From positions 96,001 through 160,000 of the forward strand of contig CAWDVE010000016.1 in assembly GCA_963805625.1 (NCBI GenBank): 64,000 bases of DNA, given 5' to 3'. Shown piece after piece: positions 56,129 through 64,000 of this stretch. Positions within the stretch are counted from its first letter, which is position 1. Each line of letters starts with the position of its first letter. Source of the stretch: an uncultured Candidatus Rokubacteria bacterium (lineage in GTDB: Bacteria > Methylomirabilota > Methylomirabilia > Rokubacteriales > DASRDR01). The position numbers and the translations under genes were made by a program. Below the pieces are notes generated by a model that ran no database searches, had not been told where the DNA came from, and saw nothing but the letters and a program-made list of their open reading frames with translations.

Positions 56129-57118
56129 ATGATCGAGGTTGATCGCCTCACGAAGCGGTACGGACCGGTCCCGGCCATCCAGGACGTCTCCTTCACCGTC
56201 GAGAAGGGCCAGATCGTCGGCTTCCTGGGCCCGAACGGTGCGGGCAAGACGACGACCATGCGGATCTTGTCCTGCTTCATGCCCGCCTCGAGCGGGACCG
56301 CCCGGGTCGCGGGCTACGACGTGTTCGAGCAGTCGCTCGAGGTCCGCCGCCGGATCGGCTACCTACCCGAGAATGTGCCGCTCTACGGCGACATGACGGT
56401 CGTCGCCTACCTGGACTTCGTCGCCAACATCAAGGGCCTCGGCCGCAGCGAGCGGCGGCGGCGCGTCGGCGAGGTGCTCGAGCGGTGCCAGATCCCCGAC
56501 GTGCGCGAGCGCTTGATCGGGCGGCTCTCGAAGGGGTACCGCCAGCGCGTCGGCCTCGCCCAGGCGCTCATCGCCGATCCGGACGTGCTAATCCTCGACG
56601 AGCCGACGATCGGGCTCGATCCCAAGCAGATCGTCGGCATCCGGCAGCTCATCAAGTCGCTGGCCGGTGCCCACACGGTCATCCTTTCGACACACATCCT
56701 GCCCGAGGTGTCGATGGTGTGCGAGGGTGTGATCATCATCAACCGTGGACGGGTCGTCGCCTCCGGCCCGCTCGACCGGCTCATGCAGGAGCTCTCACCC
56801 GTGGCGCGGGTCCAGGTCCAGATCGAGGGCCCGGCCGAGCTGGTCGCGCAGTCGCTCCGGGCCCTCCTCGGCGTCCAGCGCGTGGAGGCGCGGGGTGTCG
56901 TCGACGGAACCGGCACGTTCGTCCTCGAGGCCGACCGCACGCGGGACGTGCGGCGGGAGGTCGCCCAGCTGGCCGCACAGCAGCGCTGGGGTCTCCTCGA
57001 GCTCAAGGCCCTCGACCTGTCGCTGGAGGACGTGTTCATTCGCATCGTGGCCGGCGAGGAGCACGAGGAGGCGATGGTTGACGTCGTCCCCGGGGCGGCC
57101 GAGGAGGTGGCGTCGTGA
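56129..57118 (+). CDS. ABC-2 type transporter ATP-binding protein (GldA-like)
   Basis: GPNGAGKTT, LSKGYRQRVG and LDEPTIGLDP motifs. Confidence 0.93.
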   Translation: MIEVDRLTKRYGPVPAIQDVSFTVEKGQIVGFLGPNGAGKTTTMRILSCFMPASSGTARVAGYDVFEQSLEVRRRIGYLPENVPLYGDMTVVAYLDFVANIKGLGRSERRRRVGEVLERCQIPDVRERLIGRLSKGYRQRVGLAQALIADPDVLILDEPTIGLDPKQIVGIRQLIKSLAGAHTVILSTHILPEVSMVCEGVIIINRGRVVASGPLDRLMQELSPVARVQVQIEGPAELVAQSLRALLGVQRVEARGVVDGTGTFVLEADRTRDVRREVAQLAAQQRWGLLELKALDLSLEDVFIRIVAGEEHEEAMVDVVPGAAEEVAS

Positions 57119-57882
57119 GGACCTGGGCGGTCTTCAAGAAGGAGCTCCGGGTCTACTTCAGCTCGCCGATCGCCTACGCGGTCCTGACGATCTTCTCGCT
57201 GATCAGCGGCTGGTTCTTCTACAACGTGTTCGGCTACTACGTGCTGGCGAGCATGCAGGCGGCGATGAACCCCATGATGGCGCGTGACCTCTCGGTCATC
57301 GAGGGGGTGCTCCGGCCCCTGTTCCAGAACATGAGCGTCATCATGCTGCTGATGATGCCAATCCTCACCATGCGCCTGTTCTCCGAGGAGAAGAAGAGCG
57401 GCACGATCGAGCTGCTCCTGACCTACCCCGTGCGAGACGGAGAGGTCCTCCTCGGGAAGTACCTGGCCGCGTTCGCAGTCTTCGCGGCGATGCTGACGCT
57501 GACGCTCGCCTATCCGCTCATCATGGCCTGGGTCACCCCGCTCGAGCTGGGACCGCTCGCGACCGGCTACCTCGGGCTCCTCCTCCAGGGCGCCGCGTTC
57601 ATCGCGATCGGGATCCTGATCTCGTCGCTGACCGAGAACCAGATCGTGGCGGCGGTGGCGACGTTCGGCACCCTCCTGATCTTCTGGGTGATCGCCTGGG
57701 CGTCCGACTCGGCCGGCGGGACCCTGGGGCGCGTGCTGTCGCACGTGTCGCTCACCGAGCACTTCGACTCGTTCGCCAAGGGCGTGATCGACACGAAGGA
57801 CCTCATTTACTACCTGGACCTCACCATCCTGGCCTTGTTCCTCACCCTGCGCTCGCTGGACTCGAAGCGGTGGAGAGGCTGA
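57115..57882 (+). CDS. ABC-2 type permease (GldF-like)
   Basis: YFSSPIAY, EEKKSGTIELLLTYP and TENQIVA motifs. Confidence 0.92.
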   Translation: MRTWAVFKKELRVYFSSPIAYAVLTIFSLISGWFFYNVFGYYVLASMQAAMNPMMARDLSVIEGVLRPLFQNMSVIMLLMMPILTMRLFSEEKKSGTIELLLTYPVRDGEVLLGKYLAAFAVFAAMLTLTLAYPLIMAWVTPLELGPLATGYLGLLLQGAAFIAIGILISSLTENQIVAAVATFGTLLIFWVIAWASDSAGGTLGRVLSHVSLTEHFDSFAKGVIDTKDLIYYLDLTILALFLTLRSLDSKRWRG

Positions 57883-57887
57883 CCGCC

Positions 57888-59453
57888 ATGGACCGATTCG
57901 CAAGCCCGGCACTCTTCGTCGGCCTCGGTGGCGTCGTGGCCGGCTTCCTCCTGCAGACCTACCGGCCGTCATGGACCAAGGTCTGGCCGGCGCTCCTCAT
58001 CCTGGGCGGCCTGGTCCTCCTCTTCGGTCTGTACGCGAGCTTCGCGACCAACGTGCGCCGGGCGCTGGCGGGGCGCGCGACCCGGTACGGCCTCAACGCG
58101 GCGGTCCTGGTCGTCCTGATCCTCGGGGTCATCGTGCTCGTCGAGGCAGTGTCGTACCGGCACAGCTATCGTGTCGACCTGACCGAGAACAAGCGCTGGA
58201 GCCTGTCTCCCCAAACCGCGAAGGTGGTGAGCGAGCTTCCGGTGCCGATCAAGGCCGTGGCCTTCTTCCGGCCCGACCAGCCCGGTAAGCGGACCGCGGA
58301 GGATCTTCTCAAGCAGTACGCGGGGCGCTCGGACGGAAAGTTCACCTGGGAGGTCGTCGACGCGGACCGGACCCCCCTGCTGGCCCGGGAGTACGGCTTC
58401 GAGAGCTACGGGATGGTCGTCCTCGAGGCGGTCTTGAAGGACGGACAGAAGAAACAGGAGAAGCTCCTCGACCTGGACGAGGAGAAGCTCACCAACGCCC
58501 TGATCCGGGTCACGCGTCCGGGGAAGCGTGTCGTCTACTTCCTCAAGGGCCACGGGGAGAAGGACCCGGGCTCGAGCGATCGGACTGGCTACGGCCAGAT
58601 GAAGTCTGCGATCGAGAAGCTGAACTACGAGGTCAAGGATCTGGTCCTGGCGCGGGAGGTCAAGGTGCCGGACGACGCCACCATCGTGGTGGTGGCCGGG
58701 CCGCAGAGGGAGCTCCTGCCCAACGAGATTGACGCCATGGTGGGGTACGTGGCCCGGGCCGGGAAGGTCCTCTTCATGGTCGATCCGTTCCAGACCACCG
58801 GACTCGGACCGGTCCTCGAGCGCTGGGGGCTCGGCCTCGGCAACGACGTGATCATCGACATCAGCCCCACGGGCCGGCGCGCCGGCGCGGGGCCGGAGAT
58901 TCCCGTCGTCGCGGACTACCTCTCCCACCCGATCACCCGAGACTTCCGGTTCGCGACCTTCTTCCCGGTCGCACGCACCGTTTCGGTGAAGGAGAAGCCG
59001 CCCGAGGGCGTGAGCGCGCAAGGGCTCGCGCGGACGTCCGGCGAGAGCTGGGCGGAAACCAGCCAGGACCAGATCCGGACGGGCCAGGTCAAGCCGGACC
59101 CCGGCGAAGCCCGAGGCCCCCTCACGATCGCCGCGGTCGCGACCGTCGACGCCAAGGACGCGCCGGCCGACCGGAAGAGCGCGAAGGCGCGGATCGTCCT
59201 GGTCGGCGACTCGGATTTCGCGGCGAACGAGTTCGTCAATCTCTCCGGCAACCGCGACTTCTTCCTCAACACGCTCTCGTGGCTCGCCGAGGAGGAGAAC
59301 CTGATCGCGGTGCGGCCGAAGGAGTCGCGCACCGCCCCCGTTTTCCTGACCGGCGCCCAGGGACAGGTGATCTTCCTGGTGCCGGTGGTGTTGATCCCCC
59401 TGACCGTGATCGTGGCCGGCGCGGTGGCGGTCGCCCGCCGGCGCGGGCGGTAG
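57888..59453 (+). CDS. GldG-like ABC transporter auxiliary protein
   Basis: DLTENKRWSLSPQT, YFLKGHGE, VGDSDF and NRDFFLN motifs. Confidence 0.9.
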   Translation: MDRFASPALFVGLGGVVAGFLLQTYRPSWTKVWPALLILGGLVLLFGLYASFATNVRRALAGRATRYGLNAAVLVVLILGVIVLVEAVSYRHSYRVDLTENKRWSLSPQTAKVVSELPVPIKAVAFFRPDQPGKRTAEDLLKQYAGRSDGKFTWEVVDADRTPLLAREYGFESYGMVVLEAVLKDGQKKQEKLLDLDEEKLTNALIRVTRPGKRVVYFLKGHGEKDPGSSDRTGYGQMKSAIEKLNYEVKDLVLAREVKVPDDATIVVVAGPQRELLPNEIDAMVGYVARAGKVLFMVDPFQTTGLGPVLERWGLGLGNDVIIDISPTGRRAGAGPEIPVVADYLSHPITRDFRFATFFPVARTVSVKEKPPEGVSAQGLARTSGESWAETSQDQIRTGQVKPDPGEARGPLTIAAVATVDAKDAPADRKSAKARIVLVGDSDFAANEFVNLSGNRDFFLNTLSWLAEEENLIAVRPKESRTAPVFLTGAQGQVIFLVPVVLIPLTVIVAGAVAVARRRGR

Positions 59454-59468
59454 TCCGGGAGCCGTCCG

Positions 59469-61250
59469 ATGCGCTGGCTCACAACAGCGGTGCTGGCGGT
59501 CCTGCTGGCCGGGCTCGCCAGCTTCTACTACGTCTACGAGATCCGTCAGGCGCCCGAACGCGAGAAGGCCGCTTCGGTCAAGGACCACCTCTGGAAGGAC
59601 CTCGAGGCGAAGGACGTCGAGGAGATCGTCGTCCGGAAGGGTGACGCCGAGACGCTCCGCCTGAAAAGGACTGGCGGGACCTGGAGCCTGGCCGCCCCCG
59701 TGTCGGCCTCGGCCGACTCGCGCGCAGCCGACGACCTGGCGACGTCCCTGGCGACGCTCCGCGTCGAGCGGGAGATCGAAGCCAACCCCCAGAAGCCCGC
59801 CGACTTCGGGCTGGCGCCGCCGGCCGCGGAGGTGACCTTCAAGGCCAAGGGGCAGGAGCGCACCGTCAAGCTGGGGGCGAAGAGCCCGAGCGGCGTCTGG
59901 GCTTACGCGCAGGAGGGAGGGAAGCCCGCGGTCCTCCTGGTGCCCGAGGGGCTCCTGAGGGACGCCCAGAAGCCACCGAGCGAGTTTCGTGACCGGACGC
60001 TCCTCGCATTCGAGCGGAAGGACGTCAAGACGGTGGAGGTGCGAGGCCCAGCGGGGCAGGTGGTGGCGGCCGCGGGCGTCAAGGGCGCGGACGAGTGGCA
60101 GCTCACCGCTCCCCTCACGACGCCCGCCGATCGGGAGGCGATCACCGGGCTGCTCGAGAAGCTCCGGGCGGCGAAGATCAAGGAGTTCGTGACCGACGCC
60201 CCCAAGAGTCCGGCCGAGTACGGGCTGGACCGGCCGACGCGGATCACGCTCGGCGTGGGCGAGGAGGCGTCGCGGACCGCGCGGACGCTCCGCTTCGGCA
60301 AGGCGGTGCCGGACAAGAAGGGCGTCTACGTCCAGCGGGAGGGCGACAGCACGGTCCTCCTCGTCGAGGAGGAGCTCTGGAAGGCGATCCCCGCGTCGGC
60401 GATGGCGCTCCGGGACAAGACGGTGTTCGTTTACGACCGGGGGAAGCTCGAGCGCGTTGAGCTCGAGAGCCCCAAGGGGAAGGTGGCGCTTGCCCTCCAG
60501 GATGGCAAGTGGCGCATCACCGCGCCCGTGGCGCTCCGGGCCGACGAGGGCGCGATGAGCCAGGTCCTCTTCAAGGCGCGGGACCTCCGGGCCCGGGATT
60601 TCGTGGCCGAGGACGCCAAGCGACTCGGTGCCTACGGCCTCGACAAGCCCCAGATCCGCATCAGCGTCTGGGAGAAGGAGGCCAAGGAGCCGAGGATCCT
60701 GCTCCTGGCTCCGGCCCGCGAGAAGGACCGCGCCTACGCGACCACCCTCGGCCAGGGCGCCGTCGGGGTGGCGGCGGTCGACGCGACGGTGCTGCAGGAC
60801 CTCGCGCGCGGCGTGACGGACCTCCGCGACCGGTCGCTGTCGGAGGCCTTCGACACGAGGGACGTCACCCGGGTCACGATCCAGCGCCCGAACGTGACCC
60901 TGTCGCTCGACCGGACCGGGGCGGGTGAGGAGGACTGGCAGCTCGCCGCCCCGAAGAAGGGGAAGACCCGCGGGAGCCGCGTGAGCGAGCTGCTCTGGAC
61001 CCTCCGCAACCTCAAGTGGAAGGACCTCGTCGCGGAACAGGGCTGGGACCCGGCCCGCTACGGCCTCGACGCCGCCGCCACGACGGTCACGCTTGCGGGC
61101 AAGGACGGCCAGTCGATCGCCGCGCTGGTCATCGGCAAGCAGGAGGCCGGTCTCACGTACGTCCGGATCCCCGGCCAGCCGGCACTGTATGCCATCGACT
61201 CGAAGACGCTGGGCGACCTGCCCGGTACGCCCGAGGAGCTGCTCCTCTAG
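59469..61250 (+). CDS. DUF4340 domain protein with four internal repeats
   Basis: N-terminal anchor; repeated FGL/YGL-x-x-P and LRDR/K motifs. Confidence 0.85.
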   Translation: MRWLTTAVLAVLLAGLASFYYVYEIRQAPEREKAASVKDHLWKDLEAKDVEEIVVRKGDAETLRLKRTGGTWSLAAPVSASADSRAADDLATSLATLRVEREIEANPQKPADFGLAPPAAEVTFKAKGQERTVKLGAKSPSGVWAYAQEGGKPAVLLVPEGLLRDAQKPPSEFRDRTLLAFERKDVKTVEVRGPAGQVVAAAGVKGADEWQLTAPLTTPADREAITGLLEKLRAAKIKEFVTDAPKSPAEYGLDRPTRITLGVGEEASRTARTLRFGKAVPDKKGVYVQREGDSTVLLVEEELWKAIPASAMALRDKTVFVYDRGKLERVELESPKGKVALALQDGKWRITAPVALRADEGAMSQVLFKARDLRARDFVAEDAKRLGAYGLDKPQIRISVWEKEAKEPRILLLAPAREKDRAYATTLGQGAVGVAAVDATVLQDLARGVTDLRDRSLSEAFDTRDVTRVTIQRPNVTLSLDRTGAGEEDWQLAAPKKGKTRGSRVSELLWTLRNLKWKDLVAEQGWDPARYGLDAAATTVTLAGKDGQSIAALVIGKQEAGLTYVRIPGQPALYAIDSKTLGDLPGTPEELLL

Positions 61251-61319
61251 TGCGGCTCGCGCCGCGTCTCTCACCCGCGGCGAGGTGCCGAGCCGGCTCG
61301 GCAGATTTCTGAGCGAGCG

Positions 61320-62105
61320 ATGGCGGAGCAGATCCTCCTCGAGGTAGCGGACGGAGTCGCCATCCTCACGCTGAACCAGCCCGCGCGCCGCAACCCGATG
61401 AGCGAGCGCATGGGCCAGGAGCTGGCCGAGGCGCTCCGCGGCGTCGAGGCGCGCGAGGACGTGCGCGTCCTCATCCTGGCCGGGGCTGGGGAATCCTTCT
61501 GCGCCGGCGGTGACATGGCGCTCATCGAGGCGAACACGCGCCGGGACGTCGAGGCGCGCCGCCAGGTGATGCGCGCCTACTACGACCGCTATCTCACGCT
61601 GCTGCGCCTCCCGATTCCCACGATCGCCGCCGTCCACGGTCACGCGGTCGGCGGCGGGCTGGCCCTCGCGCTGGCCTGCGACCTCCGGTACGCGGCGGAG
61701 GACGCTCGACTCAGCGTCAACTTCGCGCGCCTGGGACTCCACCCGGGCATGGCGTCGACCCTGACGCTGCCGCGCGTGATCGGCGTGGCGCGGGCGCTCG
61801 AGCTCTTCTACACCGGCCGGGTCGTCACCGGGCGCGAGGCCGAGGCGATCGGTCTGGTGAACCGGGCGGTGCCGCGCGGCGAGCTGATGTCGGCGGTGCT
61901 CGAGACCGCCCGGTCGATCGCGGCCAGCGCGCCACTCGTCGTGCGGATGCTCAAGCGCGCCGTGTACCAGGGGCTCGAGAGCGCCGTCACGGCGGCGGTC
62001 GAGTACGAAGCCTTCTGCCAGGCCATCACCTTCGGGAGCGAGGACCTCCGGGAAGGGCTCGCCGCCGCGCGAGAGCGCCGAGCCCCGCGCTTCGTGGGCC
62101 GGTGA
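61320..62105 (+). CDS. Enoyl-CoA hydratase/isomerase family protein
   Basis: FCAGGD, AVHGHAVGGG and ACDLR motifs. Confidence 0.92.
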   Translation: MAEQILLEVADGVAILTLNQPARRNPMSERMGQELAEALRGVEAREDVRVLILAGAGESFCAGGDMALIEANTRRDVEARRQVMRAYYDRYLTLLRLPIPTIAAVHGHAVGGGLALALACDLRYAAEDARLSVNFARLGLHPGMASTLTLPRVIGVARALELFYTGRVVTGREAEAIGLVNRAVPRGELMSAVLETARSIAASAPLVVRMLKRAVYQGLESAVTAAVEYEAFCQAITFGSEDLREGLAAARERRAPRFVGR

Positions 62106-62818
62106 CGGGGTCGATGGGAGACGTCGGGTCGAGCGAGCTCTACCTCCGGCAGATGGAGCTCGGCCCCATGCAGAACTTCGCCTACCTCGTGGGAGACCGC
62201 GAGGCGGGCGAGTGCGTCGTGGTCGACCCGGCGTGGGAGATCGACACCATTGTCCGGACGGCCGAGGCCGACGGGCTCCGGATCACGGGCGCGCTCGTCA
62301 CGCACACGCACCAGGATCACGTGGGCGGGAGCCTGGCCGACTGGGGGATGCCCGGACGAATCCCTGGCGTCGAGGAGCTCCTCGGTCGGGTCCGGGCCAA
62401 GGTCTACGTCCACCGAGCCGAGCGCGAGTTCCTCCGCGGGTTCGGCTCCGACCTGGTCCAGGTGGAGAGCGCGATGGACCTCCCGGTCGGGCGGTTCACG
62501 ATCACGTTCGTCCACACCCCCGGCCACACTCCTGGCTCGCAGTGCTTTCTCGTCGCCGGGCGACTGGTCTCGGGCGACACGCTCTTCATCCAGGCGTGCG
62601 GCCGGACGGACCTGCCGGGCGGCGACCCGACCGAGATGCACCGAAGCCTCACCCAGCGGCTCGGGCGGCTCCCCGACGACACGATCCTCTTGCCCGGCCA
62701 CAACTATGGCGGCCCCCGGTCGACCCTCGGCGCCGAGAAGCGCGAGAACCCGTTCCTCCAGATGGGCCTCGGTGACTTCCTGCGCGCCATGGGCGGCGGC
62801 CGGATCGCCCTGCCCTAG
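62102..62818 (+). CDS. MBL-fold metallo-hydrolase (glyoxalase II-like)
   Basis: THTHQDH, TPGHTPG, SGDTLF and PGHNY motifs. Confidence 0.92.
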   Translation: MTGSMGDVGSSELYLRQMELGPMQNFAYLVGDREAGECVVVDPAWEIDTIVRTAEADGLRITGALVTHTHQDHVGGSLADWGMPGRIPGVEELLGRVRAKVYVHRAEREFLRGFGSDLVQVESAMDLPVGRFTITFVHTPGHTPGSQCFLVAGRLVSGDTLFIQACGRTDLPGGDPTEMHRSLTQRLGRLPDDTILLPGHNYGGPRSTLGAEKRENPFLQMGLGDFLRAMGGGRIALP

Positions 62819-62945
62819 CCGATCCATGCCCGGGCGCGGCAACCAATGCGCGGGGCGTCGAGGCGGTGCCCTGTCGCCAGGCCGTGCGGGGAACTTCGGG
62901 TGTGGGCTATCCTGACGCGACCGGCATGCGATTCCCGGGGGCAAT

Positions 62946-64000
62946 CTGGACACCGCGCTGATCGAGCTGATCAAGCGGCTCGGCGCCGGGGATATGAGCG
63001 CCCGGGCCGAGCTTCGCCAGCACCCGGGCGAGGTGGCGGGAGCTCTTGACCAGATCGTGGCCGAGCTTGAGCAGCGCACGACCCAGCTCGCAGAGGCGGA
63101 GTCCCAGTTCCACGCGCTGATCGAACAATCCCTGGTCGGCATCTACCTCACCACCTACGACCATTTCGTCTACCTCAACGAGGCCGCCCTGCAGATGCTC
63201 GGCTACCCGGCGGACGAGCTCTTGGGCCGGCGCGGTCCGCTCGACATCGTCCACCCCGGGGATCGCGCGGTCATGGAGCGGAATCTCCGGCGGCGCATCG
63301 CCGGCGACCTCGATGCCGTCCGGTATAGCGTCCGGGTGGTGCGAGCGGACGGAGCCATCGTCCACCTGGACGTGCACGGCCGACGGGTGCTCAGCGGCGG
63401 CCGGCCCGCTGTGCTCGGCGTGGCGGTCGACGTCACGGAGCGGCGTCGCAATCGCAAAGAGCTCCAGCACCAGCGGGAGACCTTGCTCCGCAGCGAGCGG
63501 CTCGCCACGATCGGCGAGCTCCTGGGAGGCGTGGCGCACGAGCTGAACAGCCCGCTCACCGTGATTCTCGGGCAGGCGAGTCTCCTGACTCAGATGGTCC
63601 CCGATGGGCCGATCGCCGAGCGCGCCCGGCGCATCCAGGACGCGGCCGAGCGGGCCGCGCGTATCGTGCAGACCTTCCTGGCCGTGGTGCGGGACACCCC
63701 GCTGGCGCGCGCGGAAGTGTCGCTGAACCGGGTCGCCCGAGAGGCACTCCAGCTGCTCGAGTACCAGCTGCGCGTGGCGACGATCGAGCCTGTGCTGGAT
63801 CTCTCGGACGCTCTTCCCGTCGTCTGGGGCGACCCGCATCAGCTCCACCAGGCCGTGGTCAACCTCCTCACGAACGCGTATCACGCGGTCCGCTCGAGCC
63901 CGCTCCCGCGGCGCATCCGGCTGAGCACCACGTTCGACATTGAGCGCGCTCGGGTCGCGCTCGAGGTGACGGACACTGGTCCGGGGATTCCTGAGGCGAT
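62946..64000 (+). CDS. PAS-domain sensor histidine kinase (partial, runs off the window)
   Basis: HAMP-like start, PAS (LIEQSLVGIY..YLNEAA..VHPGD), GGVAHELNSPL, NLLTNA and DTGPGI. Start uncertain (CTG 62946 or ATG 62994). Confidence 0.88.
   Translation, partial: MDTALIELIKRLGAGDMSARAELRQHPGEVAGALDQIVAELEQRTTQLAEAESQFHALIEQSLVGIYLTTYDHFVYLNEAALQMLGYPADELLGRRGPLDIVHPGDRAVMERNLRRRIAGDLDAVRYSVRVVRADGAIVHLDVHGRRVLSGGRPAVLGVAVDVTERRRNRKELQHQRETLLRSERLATIGELLGGVAHELNSPLTVILGQASLLTQMVPDGPIAERARRIQDAAERAARIVQTFLAVVRDTPLARAEVSLNRVAREALQLLEYQLRVATIEPVLDLSDALPVVWGDPHQLHQAVVNLLTNAYHAVRSSPLPRRIRLSTTFDIERARVALEVTDTGPGIPEA

Noticed and set aside
56129-61250. Gliding motility system
   Set aside because: GldA/F/G-like ABC plus DUF4340 modules are widespread in non-gliding bacteria; no motor genes are present.
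51978-61742. Very long minus-strand ORFs (1204 aa and 1257 aa) and many other long overlapping ORFs
   Set aside because: Antisense shadows of well-supported plus-strand genes; expected in high-GC DNA; no domain motifs.

Overview
High-GC (about 70%) bacterial chromosome segment, densely coding, with about 55 genes. I found no rRNA, tRNA, CRISPR array, transposase or prophage. The gene content (many branched-chain and sugar ABC transporters, class III aminotransferases, Gld-like ABC plus DUF4340, DRR/ERR-motif proteins) suggests Candidatus Rokubacteria/Methylomirabilota, which is an inference. Housekeeping genes include purC, dapL, degP, hemE-hemG, gluconokinase-tkt and fhs. Main observations: (1) a short single-module AAA+ protein ending in the proteasome-docking motif GQYL, with swapped Walker B, no aromatic pore loop and no ARC/Mpa N-domains, a candidate new proteasome activator; (2) an exact 25-nt repeat at translation start regions that encodes MSPQAEGR, plus mini-ORFs bridging operon spacers; (3) an 841-aa helical-repeat protein with a C-terminal NYN RNase domain; (4) an EctD-like dioxygenase paired with an alanine-racemase-fold protein that lacks the catalytic Tyr; (5) four internally collapsed genes (arylsulfatase, adenosine deaminase, LamG protein, adenine deaminase); (6) a CusF-like membrane protein without the Met ligands. 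All assignments come from motif recognition by eye; no database searches were run.
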